A DNA stretch of 63,844 nucleotides, the filler included, from Reticulomyxa filosa (lineage: Eukaryota > Protista > Foraminifera): the NCBI GenBank assembly GCA_000512085.1. It is 19 parts of 19 records of this genome, joined end to end, with 100 filler letters (N's around TTAATTAATTAA, not from the genome) between each part and the next. Parts side by side here need not be neighbours in the genome. Positions count along the whole stretch, not along the records: positions 38,431 to 41,335 come from ASPP01035332.1; positions 41,436 to 42,658 come from ASPP01014381.1; positions 42,759 to 48,274 come from ASPP01006602.1; positions 48,375 to 59,541 come from ASPP01004334.1; 15 more parts are not named here. One strand, given 5' to 3'. The notes beneath the pieces are model-generated. The model worked only from the letters and a program-made list of their open reading frames with translations, searched no databases and had not been told where the DNA came from. Both the position numbers and the translations under genes were made by a program. Shown piece by piece: positions 40,261-57,343 of this stretch; positions within the stretch are counted from its first letter, which is position 1, and each line of letters begins with the position of its first letter.

Positions 40261-42111
40261 AAAGGAAGAGTTATTTGCGGTTTTCAAGAAATAAGTTTCT
40301 ACAAATACTCAAGGGAGAATTAGAAAATTCTCACACTAAACTATTTCTGGACATAAAATTTCTTCCCCTTCTAAGAAAAGAGTCCACGTGAATAGTGTAA
40401 TCAATAGTAGAAACAAGCTAAAAAAAGTTAAAAGCAAAGAGCTTTTAATAATTATATTTGAGTGATAGAAGGTGTGCAATTCTCAAGTTTTTCATATTCA
40501 CAATTTTGTTGAAAGAAAGAAATGTATTGAATTATTGGGTAAATATTTTTAACATCAATGAAATTAAATGATATTTTTCCTTATTGATTCTATTCATCAA
40601 ACTTAATTTGATATGAAAAAATTGTCTAATGAGAGAACATCTTATTAATGGACTTTGTACTTTATTATACCAAACTTGAATTGTTGTTTATACCAGATGT
40701 ATTTAGCATATATCCAAACTATTGATCCGTTCAATCTTATTATTAATCTTTGAATTAAACTTTGAATAATGATTGAATTTTATGATTTGTTTCATATAAT
40801 AAATATAAAACATAAAATTTGTCAAAGTACATTCTTCCATTATTTAACTTAACATATTAAAAAATCATTTGATCAAAGTCATAAATTGTCCTCTTTCAAT
40901 TGTCATTGTAGTGATTGCGTTAACATATGCTTTGTTGATGAAATTCAATTCACCAATACTCTTATATCTGCAAAGTAAAATTTTGATAAAGAATCATAAA
41001 ATACAATCCAATCTAATTCTTTTCAAATCACATTTATTGATTTACTTTCAAACTTTTTCTATATCTGTTACTGTATTCTTTGAAAAGATTCAATGAAAAT
41101 GACAATATTTCAAAGATTTTAAAAACATTTAATTGCATAAATTATATGTCTTTATCAATTAATTTGAAATACAGTATAATGCAAAGTAAAGTTGACACCT
41201 AAAACGGCACCTTATAGAGATGATTAATTTTCTTCATGAAAAAACAACATTCAGACCTATTTTTTTAAAAAAATATCTACAAGTCGTGTAGTTTTAAATA
41301 TCATTTTGGTTTTTTATTACATCTTTACTAATTATNNNNNNNNNNNNNNNNNNNNNNNNNNNNNNNNNNNNNNNNNNNNTTAATTAATTAANNNNNNNNN
41401 NNNNNNNNNNNNNNNNNNNNNNNNNNNNNNNNNNNTTTTTTTTTTTTTTTTTTTTTTTTTGGGTGTTTTTTTTTTTTTTGCATTTGCTCGTTTTTTTTTT
41501 CTTTTGTGTTTGGTTGTTTTTTCTATTCCAGATTGTTTGTGATGTTTTTTTTTCCCCCTTTTATATCGTTCTTCAAGACAACACTTTGGAAAAGGGATGT
41601 CCATACAACGAAAAACTCTCCCTTCGTTCCTTTATTTTAATTTCCTTATTTTGTAATTGTGCTTGAAGATGTTGTTTGTGCTTGTATGCTTACATTACTT
41701 TTTTCACTCCTAGCGATTCTTATTTTTTCTTTTTTTTTAAATAATTATCAACCTAGATGTTGACTGTTTTTCCAATCTTTTTTTTAATAAATATTTACAT
41801 TTGAATTCTTTTTGCTATATCTCTCACAAACAATTTTTAAGTTGCTGTAGTTGCATTAAACATAGTTTCTCATGGAAATGAAAATATTTACAAAATAGCG
41901 TCATATATTGGCTCACGTTAGTTTACCATCAGCCAATGGTCTGTTTTATCCATCACAACTTGCACGACTTTTTGCTTTCCAAGACCTTAAATTAATGTTG
42001 TCCAAGTTAATATAAAATACTCTTGCACTTTTGTTTGAAACAGAGTTCGCAGCTAAAGGGGGGTTGATTGAAATTGTTGATTAGTAAACCATTCCATTCT
42101 CTTTTCAAAAG

Positions 42112-42605
42112 ATGACACAACCGAGTCTAATTAATCCAGATTTTACAGGTTTATGGAGTTACGCAAGAATCGGATTTAAAAAAGAATGGTATGGAAAACC
42201 TTTGGGCGCGTTTTGGCTGGCGTTTGTGTTATTAACTTGGGTGGGTGGATTTCTGAGCCCTTTCGTTGTGGTTTGGCTGTTGTATAATCAATATTACGTC
42301 TTTGGGACAATATTGTTGGGCCTTGTGGTTTATCCTTATCTGGTAGACTTACAAGCAAATGATACAATGCTTCGCCAGTATTATTGGTCGTGTTATTATT
42401 TTGACGGGGGATGTACTTTTGCGTATGAGGAAAACCCCTATGAACTATACAAAGGGCCAATGAAAGAAAACCCCCCTCCGCAATTGATTTCCTATCATCC
42501 CCATGGCATTTTTACCATTGGGTACATGTTTAATGGTGCTTCACGTATATCGGCAGGTCTTGCTAATTTCGATAAACCCCCGGCCTGTAATAAAGAGTAC
42601 TTAGG
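42112..42605 (+). CDS. Diacylglycerol acyltransferase 2 (DGAT2/MOGAT) family, 3'-partial
   Basis: Two N-terminal hydrophobic helices, YYF and the catalytic YHPHG motif. Confidence 0.88.
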
Positions 42606-42909
42606 TTCACTTTTACATTTTTTTTTTTTTTTTTTTTTAAAAAAACTAAAAAAAAAAANNNNNNNNNNNNNNNNNNNNNNNNNNNNNNNNNNNNNNNNNN
42701 NNTTAATTAATTAANNNNNNNNNNNNNNNNNNNNNNNNNNNNNNNNNNNNNNNNNNNNAATAATAATGATAATAATAAACCTTTTTTTATCCGAATCGTT
42801 TTCTTAATCATTTTCTTTTTCTCCCTTTTTGTCCCTTCCCCTCCCCTTTTTTTTTTTAATCCAACACAACACTGCTACACATGGACACACACAGTCGAGA
42901 AGTAAAAAC

Positions 42910-43376
42910 CTGATAGACTTGCTTGAAGGGGGGGGAAGTATGCGTTCTGATTTTATGTGTGTGTAATGTATACGTTGTCTTTAGTTTTGCCATTGAGTCA
43001 CTCAAATCAAATTTTTTTTCTATCGTTTTGTCTCCTACCTGATGGAAGTAATCACCATAATCGGGGCCGAGATTCGTTTGGTCCTGTTACCAAACAAAAC
43101 AAAAAAAATACAATGAAAAAAGGGGGAAAGACGCCGAAGTCGCGGGCGACAATACCAAATCGAAATTTTCACAAGCCAAAAAAAAAAAAAAAAAAAAGCC
43201 TAAAAATTAAGATGTAAGCTTAACGACGTCTTCCGGATTTCCACCATAGCCTTGCTGTTTTTTTTGTTGTTGTTTCAACCAGAGAGACACTATTCTACAA
43301 CAAGAGAAAAGAAAAAAAAAAAGAAAACTATTACTTCAAATATGTGGTCGTCTTTGTCTAAGGAATGTTGTGTCAT
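42910..43376 (-). CDS. Micro-exon gene, 5' part, unknown product
   Basis: Exons 43335-43376 (MTQHSLDKDDHIFE), 43225-43254 (QGYGGNPEDV), 43039-43083 (DQTNLGPDYGDYFHQ) and 42910-42946 (NAYFPPFKQVYQ, one extra C in a C8 run), each with AG/GT boundaries. Confidence 0.55.
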
Positions 43377-44298
43377 AATTAACACGCTTAAATATAGCGT
43401 AATTTCCTGCGCCCAAGCTTGTTTTCTTTTAGCAGAGACCAAAAAAAACTATCGACAGGCCTCCTTGACGGATTTTTTAAGTTGCACGAAAACGTATTTA
43501 AAGCCAAAAAAAAAAAAAGGAAGAAAGCACAGCTTTTGCACTGTCCCGTTTTCGGCCTCGTTTAGGATATGTACTGAAAAAAAATACAAGCGATTAGAGG
43601 CTTGACTAAATCTGTTACTTAATAAGCGTTCATTTTACTTTTTTGTGTTGTACAAATGCAGTAAAACGAGTCTTGCACAAAAGGAGGCAAACTTTTCTGT
43701 TTAAGTTCGGCCGAACTTCCTTGGAGTTTGCCTACTTAGGCAAAATTCAAAAAAAAAAAGAAAAAAATGGTTGCGGATCAATGACCGAATACGAGAGAAA
43801 TTAGCTAGAAGGAAAGCAAGGAGATTTCATGTCAATAGTATTTTAAGGTCCCTTGGAACGTCTTCCACTTCTTTTGTAGTGCTTTGTGTGAAGTTAAATC
43901 AAGATTTTCAAGCTTAGTAATTGTATAATTGGGACATATAATGTAATTTAATGAGTTCTAGTCTTAAAAATTTTAAAACGTACAAATGCCGTAGCAAATG
44001 ATCGTGTCGATAATGTTTTGTAATTGTACAATTTGCAAAAAGGTTTAGCTTTTTGAATTTTAGCTAAGAGTGAGATTAAAATGTCTATTTAAAAGTTTGA
44101 AATTCGAAACATTTACAAAGTGCTCGTTAAATTATTGTCTACAAACGTAGTGTAAACAAGAAGCACATTCACAAGTAAATAAGTAAACTACTTTCAACAT
44201 TTTAGCTGACAAAAGAAAGAAAATGGATAAATTTTTTGTGCGTTGCCAATCTTTTTAAAGATTTTATTTGGAACCGGGTCTGAGGGCACAAGGAACGC

Positions 44299-46220
<1,922 letters not shown>

Positions 46221-47570
46221 CTAAACTACTTTTACTTTTTTTTGTAGCTTTTGCAATGAAATGATTTCGATCCACAATTAGACAAAATGTTCCAAAAAAA
46301 ACGAATAAAATGTTTTTTATTTCAACTTGTAACTTTTGTTTGAGAGCATCTATGACGAAATCATGATTTTATTGCATAATATTATGTCCCTTGTTCCAAA
46401 AAACAAAACAAACAAAAAGGAAAGCGAATAAGTAATGGATAAACATGACTAAAGAATTATTTAAATTCGTCTTGAAAAAAAATACAAAGTAAAAATAAAC
46501 CACTTTGTTACTTTTCCAAAATTTCAAGCCACATCAAAAGTCTTTGACAAACGAATGAATGCAATAATTTAAAAATTTTAAATAACTGTATTTTGTCAAA
46601 TAAATATTGGAATTTATTGTTTTAATTCTTGAAAACCCTTTTTTGAAATCGAAAAATGATTGGTTGGATATGAAATGAAATAGGAATTTTCACTGTTTCT
46701 TCTGTAAATTTGTCTTCGCCTGAACACAAAATATGTGTCAAATTCCTCTGGAACAAATCAAAACAAAGTTTGACAGCACGCACCTGTTCTTTTTTCTAAC
46801 GGAACAATTTTTACCTGTATTTTAGAGTTTTTAATAATAAAAACAAAGACCTGTCAACAACAAATTGTTGTCCGCTACTGTTTTTGAAGGAGACAAAAAC
46901 GTCCTTCAAAAGAAAATTCTTTCAGTTGATATTGCATCGTTTTCAAATTTTATTTTTGTAGGAAGATTTAATAAAAGTGACAGTTTTGTTTTGGTATAAA
47001 TCCGCAGTGAAGAAAATATTAAAAATCGTTGCAATAATATTTCCGTTTGAGATTAATTTGGCAACAAATATATTATGCATATAATATACAAATGCTAAAT
47101 GTAAAACTTTATATCATAATAGGAATGCCTCGGTTGGCAAAATTGTTAAAGAAGAAAACATGATGGCAACGTCTTAAAGAATAGTCACAGCGTGATATCT
47201 TGTATTGAGTCTGTAATAATAAAAATGACCTCTTCACAAAAGCAACTCTTTTTGCGCTTTGCTCTGAGTGTTTGATGAAAACCTCTTCAAATACAACAAA
47301 AAAAAGCTTTTCGAAGTAAACGTCATATTTGCGATTCCAAGGCCAAAAGAATGGGCCAGTGTACCAGCGTTCCACCAGCTGCTGCCGAAGAGAAGTTGAT
47401 ATTTCAGAAATACAAGCTCGATAAAGTTCGTGTATGTAGAAGGGTTGTCTCCACAAGGAGAAAAGTGAATATTTAATCAGTGTATTGCTTTGATGTTAGC
47501 AAAACTGGAATTCGGCAACGCTTTAAAAAAAAATGTTTTGGTTTGTTTATTTTATTTTATTACAAATTGA

Positions 47571-48236
47571 ATAACGACGCTTGAGAAACAGGCATCAGTG
47601 AAGCAATGGACATCGGAGCAAGTGTACCAGTGGGTGTTGCATTGCGAAAATGGACAGCTAAAGCACACAGCGCACAACTTTAAACGGCAACAAATCGATG
47701 GTTCGTTGTTGTCGTTGATAAGTGAAGATCACTTGCGAAACGAATTGAAAATGCGAGACTTCAAAGACCGTCTACGTTTCCAAAAAGCGTTAGCGGAACT
47801 AAATAAATATGAGTCCATGAATGATGAAGTACGAACAACGCCAAGCCCACAAAGCAAAGAAAGTGACGAAGACACAATTCTCACCACCAATAAGGCCAGC
47901 ACTACTACAGCTACTACCAATAAGCCCAGTACAACTACGACAAATAAGTCTAATTCAGCTACAACGAATAAGTCCAATACCACCATGACCACGATTACTA
48001 CGACGAGAAGTTCGATCACTTCATCATTGCCATTACTACCACCGCCACCACTACCACTACCACCATCACTACCACCACCACCACCACCACCATCACCGCC
48101 ACGGACTGAACAACCAAACACTGCCAACACTGACCGTTTGGAAGATAGTCCTGAATCTCCTTTGTGTCGTTCTTCCGCTACGCTTACCACTCCTTGCGCT
48201 CGACGTTTCAATGATGTTATCTTACACAAATTTTTT
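47571..48236 (+). CDS. SAM-domain protein with Thr-rich and poly-Pro regions, partial
   Basis: WTSEQVYQW..FKRQQIDGSLLSLISEDHLRNELKM..DRLRF (SAM), then TTNK repeats and LPPPPLPLPPSLPPPPPPP. Confidence 0.85.
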
Positions 48237-48239
48237 TAA

Positions 48240-48274
<35 letters not shown>

Positions 48275-48374
48275 NNNNNNNNNNNNNNNNNNNNNNNNNN
48301 NNNNNNNNNNNNNNNNNNTTAATTAATTAANNNNNNNNNNNNNNNNNNNNNNNNNNNNNNNNNNNNNNNNNNNN

Positions 48375-49260
48375 TTTGATTGCTTATTCTTAAATGAAAA
48401 AAAGAAAAAAAGAACGTAACATTGCAGCATCGGACAAAACAACAGGCAAACTTTGACAATATGGTTTGGACTTGAAGTTGGACTTTGCTCAAGTTTGAAT
48501 TGTGACTCCTGGATTGGCAGCGAAACGTTAAAAATAAATCTTCCAGATAGTGTGGTTGGTTGCATTCTTGTTTGTAGCGACGTTGCACCCGAAACAATTG
48601 ATCACAGACAAAGTATCCAATCCATACTCGTTTCTGACTGTTGCTCGCTGTATTCGATAATGGCGTGTTTATCATTACCTCCGCTTTGTTATTTCTCAAT
48701 ACACTATTATTTTTGTTATTTTTAAAAAATTATTTCTAAATAAATCCATAATATATACATTACATCCTCCCCTTACTATCTTTCGATATACGTAAACTCT
48801 CCTTTTTTTTTCATTTAGTCTTTCTATCACTGTTATATACCTGAATGTTGATTTGGATTTTAATTTGTGTGTCGTCAGTATACTTGAAGTGGATTGGAAC
48901 TTATTCATTGACGATGTTTTTGTGCAAACTATTCTTGTACTGTTTGCATTTGCAATAAAAGTGCTTTGTACAATACGTATAATGTTGTTTTTTGATATCA
49001 TGTACTCTTTGCTAAAAATTTGCACTGAGTATGCGCTTGCCATGTTGTTGTAAAATGCTAGATATTGTCCACATTTCCACATATAGTTGGCTGATTGATC
49101 GAGTAACGTATAACGTGATATTATCATTGTGTCCATATTAATGTGCTCATTGAAGTGTGTTTGTCCGTTCGTCTTGCTTGAATTGCTTGTATTTGTCTTT
49201 AACATCACCACGAATGCATTTAATACAAGCACCGCCACCAACACCAACGAGGATTTCATG
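48375..49260 (-). CDS. Hypothetical protein, 3'-partial
   Basis: Hydrophobic N-terminus MKSSLVLVAVLVLNAFVVML; two ORFs separated by an AT-rich intron (about 48695-48841). Frame uncertain. Confidence 0.35.
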
Positions 49261-49828
49261 CTGCTGCTTAAATAGCGAAGTTCTTCACTCAATATTTTCT
49301 TCTCCGTTTGTCCCCTCCACTTCTACTGAGCAAACTGAAACAGAAGGACGTTCAACGAGCAATAAAGCTACTTTAAAACAAAAATAAGAAAAAGTTTGTG
49401 GCAAATGAATAGATTTGTAAAAATGGAATTTGTTTTGTATCATCATAGCTTGATGCAAAAAGTTTGTCTTTTTCTATCAAAAAAATTCTTTCACTTAAAA
49501 AGACTAAATAAACTTCAAAAAAACATAATTTCCAAACAAGAACAAGTATGTTCAGAGCAGCCAGTCATGCAAAAGTGCTCACTTACATTTCTCCATCTTC
49601 ATATAATCAAATTTATATCTGTCCATATGTTTGTGTATTGCGTATATTGCAATCGTTTTACACTTTATTTCATTTCTTTTCATTGGGTGAGAAAAAGGAT
49701 TATCATCTAAAAAAAATTGATTTGTTGCGTCTTGACTTGTACACAAGTAAGGTTCGCTGAACTAGACAAAAAAAGTGCAAAAATTTTTTATCATACATCA
49801 TCCATGAGAAAAAAAAGGAGTTGAAATA

Positions 49829-51203
49829 ATGTCAACTTTTAGCAATGAGAAACAAACTTCAACACAACTAGTAGTGGTAAGCTTCAGTTCAATCTTTAGA
49901 AGTTAGTTGATTTTATTTTTTTCACGAATTTACTGGTTGTGATTGAACCAGTCAGAAGAAGAGACGGAAATCATTATTCAACATTGGATTCGAATATTTA
50001 ACATTAAATTAGGATGGATCCATGATTTTGACAAATTTGTGTTCAATTATGTTATGCTTTTTTGTTTTTACAACACCACAATTAAATGTTCAAATATTAT
50101 TTGTTGATATTATTAATTATCACTATTTAACACAGGCAACAACTTTTTTCACACTTGATATCTTTCGTTTGTCATCTAAATTAATCAAAACATTTACTAC
50201 ACATACTGATACTGTGCAAAGTATTGATTATTCGACATTCGATGATCGTCAATTCATTTGTTCTGGATCTGATGATAAAACAGTTCGTTTATGGGATATA
50301 GAGAAAAACAAACAAATTCAAGTATTCAATAGACATTCCGGTCCTGTGTATTGTGTGAAATTTTCACCATATCATTACCATAGTAATCGTCGTCACGTGA
50401 TTTGTTCTTCATCAGAAGACGAAACTATTCGTTTTTGGGATATCAAAGATAATAAACAATTACAAGTATTCAATAAGCATACTTATTCTGTTTATGGAAT
50501 GGAGTTTTCACCATTTGCTGGTGGTCGATATTTGTGTTCTGGATCTGCTGATATTACTATTTGTTTATGGGATGTTGAAACATCCAAATCGTTGCATGTT
50601 TTCAATGGACATAAAAAAACTATTTGGTGTGTTGATATTTCACCATTGCGAAGCAATAATAACAGTAATAGTATTGGTGTGATTGGTGGAAATGGATATA
50701 CTATTTGTTCTGGGTCATGTGATAAAACCATTCGAATATGGGATATTGAAACAACCAAGCAATCGCATATATTGATAGGACACAGAGATGAAGTGTGTTG
50801 TGTAAAATATGGATCAAGTGAATTAAGAATCAGTGGTGGTGTAAATACAATATTATCTGGATCAAAAGATCGAAATGTTTGTTTGTGGGATGTTCGATCT
50901 GGTAGACGAATTCAAGAATTCATTGGACACACAAGTAGTGTCACGTGTGTTGAATACTCTCCATTTGTGGTAAACAATATTGATATCGGTGGTTATTCAA
51001 ATGTAATATGTTCTGGATCATTGGACAATACAATTCGTTTTTGGGATGTTCGTTCAAGAAAGAAAGAATTGTTTGTTGTCAAAGGGGATGCCGAAGAAGA
51101 TGATGGAATAATATGTCTTACATTTTTAGGATTGAAAAAGAAAGGTTACGGTATTAATCTATGTTATGGCTCAGTCAAAAGTTTCATCCATATTTGGGGC
51201 TAG
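49829..51203 (+). CDS. Intact box + WD40-repeat protein, three exons
   Basis: Exons 49829-49876, 49952-50050 and 50136-51203; six clear ..SGS.D.T.R.WD-type repeats plus a degenerate terminal blade. Confidence 0.95.
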
Positions 51204-52002
51204 TATCGTTTTCCAACGCAAAAAATGTTCTGACAGATTTGATTTCTTTTCAAATAAGTTCAATGGAGGAACATTTTCTCACCAATCAAAAAACAAAAAT
51301 TTTTTCAAGAATGTCTTTTCTCGTTAAATATAAAATTTATCCTCCTTTCGTCGGATGAGAGTTTGTTGAAAGAAATCTCAAAATCCTTTTTTCTTTTCTT
51401 CAAACAATACACGTTCAAATCATCTATTATTTATAGGTATATTCGCGCTTAGTCGTCTGAAGCACGAATAAACTATCTCGTTGCATGTGCACAAGACGAT
51501 ATCACAAAGAAAATCTCTTGAGGATGTTAAATTTGAAACAAAGAAAAAAAAAATTTGTGTTTTTGTGTGTTCTTTATTCCTTTTATTTAAGCCTTTTTTG
51601 TTCTATTGGAGTTTTCTCGAAAGAGTGACACGTTCGTATTACATTTAACATTCTGTACAGTTTCATACAATTTTCAGCAGCAGATACGACTTTTTTTTTG
51701 GTCTAATTTTACATTTTAAAGCTTTAAAAGATTTTATATGTATTACATCCGTACAAAAATAAAGACAACAACTTCCAGTGGCGTTCCTCGCAAGAAATAG
51801 AAAACATCCAATAAGTAGGGGGAAAAAAGGGAAACGTGTGTGTTTTCAAAATTTTAAACGAGGGTGCAAAAGATATTTGAAAGTTGAAAGAGACGCATTG
51901 TGACAAGTATCCAAAAGAAAACCAGTGAAAAAGGGTCCTTTAGAGTAATAAAATAAATTTGCTTCATAACCAAAGAAGTATTAAAAAACATTATATCAAG
52001 CA

Positions 52003-54271
<2,269 letters not shown>

Positions 54272-54639
54272 ACAATCTTTTTTTTTTCCTCCATTCTTCC
54301 CACAAAAATTTGCTGAATTTTCTTGACTTTCAAACGACAAAAATAAAAATGTTGTAGATATATTATTTACATCTCTTTGCTGTAGTTTATGCACACTTAA
54401 CTCACATTTTGTGCAAAAAAAATCTTTTTCGTGTATATACGCTTGCTGAAATGTAACGGAATCAGTATATTGAACATTTTTTTTTGTTTGTTCGAAAAAA
54501 TATAGAAGGAAGAAGTACGGCCCATGTACAGTATAATGTCATAATTCCAGCTAATCCTTTTTTTTTGTACAACGTAAAACAAAAAAAAAAGGAAAAAGAA
54601 TGAAACATATTAATCAAGTTCCATTGGATGAGTAATGAT

Positions 54640-55960
54640 GTTTGATGAACTGTCTTGCTTTTTCTGCTGATGAAAAATAGAAAGAATAGATTAGTATAAT
54701 AATATCTGGATATATTTATTTGAAAAAATAATTTTGTTTTTTTGCGAATGCACTTATCTTCGTCCTGGATTGTGATTACCTGATATACATCATTAGTATA
54801 TAATATAACAAAATCAATATTATATGTTGTGTTTTCGAAAATATATACCATCTTGTAATCAACACACAGATCTTCATATCTTATCGGCTGTTCACAGATT
54901 GTACATTGCCAATTTCCTGTCATTTGACTAAATACAAGATATGATTCTAGATCTAAGCATTGTGGATAGATACAATTGCGACCTCGCAAAGGTATTTTTA
55001 TTTTAATAATAGCCAATGGACATCTAAGAGAAACTTTGGCATAACCCGTACATATATTTTCTTTTTTCTCACTAAAATCTACTTTCCCTTCTTGACTAAC
55101 CATAATTGCATTTTCATTTTTATTTGTTTCTGGTAATTTAGGAATATCTTCAGCAGCCTGACAAATTGTTTGATGGAATGGCCAGTCTTGTTTTTGGTGC
55201 ATTTGGCCACAGTATCAAACGCACTTGCATCGTGAGCAAGGTAATGTGCTATTGACACTACTGCAAATTATACATTTATTTGCTAAAGGATTATCTTTAT
55301 TTTTGATTTCACCAATAATCGATCTCGCCATCACACGACGTACAATCTCTTGCACTGGTATTACATCCACTATCTCGACGATCATTGCTCCTTGAAACTT
55401 TGAATTGCTATCCAATGTAATTTCAATAGAATTGTCAGCGTGCTCACTTATGTCAAGAGGTTTCATCACTTTGTATTCATACTGTTTCGCTGACAAATTC
55501 TTTCTATTTTTTTTGCCAGTTTCCAGTTGTTTATCATTTATTTTGATATTACATTGACTTGTGCTCCAATCTTGGTGCATTTTCTTTTTCTTACTGAATA
55601 AACAGGTGTGGAGTTGCTTGCATTTTTCTGTTTGTTATTATATTTTTTTTAACATTCCACAATCCTTTTTTTTAATTATACCTTTTTTTATATCGTGGAG
55701 CTCTTGATCATTTAATACTATTTTAAATTGAGTACTCTTCCTTGGCAGCACTGGAATAACACACAATGTCTTTACTACACGATAAAATGGTGATCTGTCA
55801 TTGTTGAAATTTGAATGCTTCATCAATAATAAGATCTTCTAAATATTGCTGCATTACTTTATAACGATAGTTAAAAGTTCAGTTTTTTGAATTTCCCAAA
55901 TTGATAATTTATCGTAAAACAGTTTATTATATGAGGATGTTTAAAAAGAAGTTCAATCAT
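54640..55960 (-). pseudogene. PIAS/Siz-like SUMO E3 ligase with internal MYND finger, disrupted
   Basis: PINIT-like (SPFY..QLHTCLF..DW..IKIN..KPLDIS); MYND CIIC..CSRCKCV*YCGQMHQKQDWPFHQTIC; SP-RING VSLRCPL..PLRGRNCIYPQCLD..WQCTIC. In-frame TGA at 55215-55217. Confidence 0.82.
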
Positions 55961-57343
55961 GACAACAACCATCCACTTGGTAAAAATATTGTGGAATGAT
56001 GCTCATATCTAACTGCAATTAATTTTTTTTTCCCATGAGAAAACAACATTTAATTAAAAATTTTTCCGAATCAGTACAAACACTGGAAGTTGAAATAGAT
56101 AGAAAATTATCATAACTTTTCCACTACTCAAAAGAAAAATTTGAAAACAGATAACCAAGCAAAAGTGTTGACAATGTATGTATAGCAAGCCAAAATAAAA
56201 CGAAAGAAATAACATGATAATCGTTTCTGTGAAGGGTTGAGATTTCTTCGAATAACACCACTTACTTCATGTACGTTATTTTACAATTTAAAGAATATTG
56301 TTCATATTTCTTCGATTCAATGTTCTCATATTGTATTTATTATAAAATATAAACAAGTGATATTCCTTCAATCGAGCTCAGTCAAAATTACATATAATTG
56401 TTAACATTTAAATAACAATGTGGACTTAGCAGCACAATTTTAACAAAAAAAAACTAAATGATTTTAATATTTTTTTATGTCTTCTTGAAATAGATATTAT
56501 ATTATACACGAAACAAAAAAAATGTTTAAAATTGTATTGTTTACTTATTAAGTATAAATTATATTGCCGTGTTGTCTTGAATTTTTTTAAGATGGATATG
56601 TTCCACAAAAAATTGAACTCAAGTACATTTTTTCGTTTAATTAATAAAGATGCAATTTGATTTATAAAAAAATATCTCAATTCTATGTATTATTATAAAA
56701 ATGATTCTTCAAGTTTTTTCAATTACGATATACATAGATATCAGAAATATTAGCAGCACTATTGATTAAATACATAATGAAAGTTATAACAAACTCAAGA
56801 TTATCTTAATAAATTTTTTTAAATCTAAATTTATTAATCATTTTTTTATTTTATTAAAACACTACTCTTGCAAAAATGCATGGAACAAGAAATCAAGTAA
56901 ACAAATAGTGCCAGAATTTCTTTGATTTATTTGTGTCAATAACTATTTATATACTTTACAATCTTATTATGATTATTGGCTTGGCTGTAACTTGGACCAA
57001 AAAAACAAAGATTTTTGTTGAAGAATATAGAAATTGATACATATATACATATTTTTGTACATAATACAGTTAGTGCTTTACAACGAACATAGACAGTAGC
57101 AGTTTTCGTTCACGTTCATATTCATGGTCACACATACTTTGATAAAAATAACCAAACATGTTTGCAGTATGATGTACCGAATAAATTTTTTTGTGAAGAT
57201 GTTCAAATTGTGAGCTTTTTATGTACAGTGCTATAGGCCAAGAAATCAATGGCAGAAAAATCAAGCTTATTCGTCACTTTTTCAGTAAAAAAAATTGACA
57301 TAAAAAAGAGCTTTGCGTTTTATGTTTGAAAATTAAGGTGATC

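Noticed and set aside
47729-48229. Gly/Val-rich minus-strand ORF, and similar antisense ORFs over the DENN, MAPK, tubulin and WD40 genes
   Set aside because: Antisense shadows of real coding sequence.
55215-55217. UGA recoded as Trp or Sec, suggested by in-frame TGA in the MYND finger and other genes
   Set aside because: Intact genes use TGG for Trp. Disrupted loci also contain TAG/TAA stops, frameshifts and lost conserved residues, so pseudogenisation or sequencing error is simpler.
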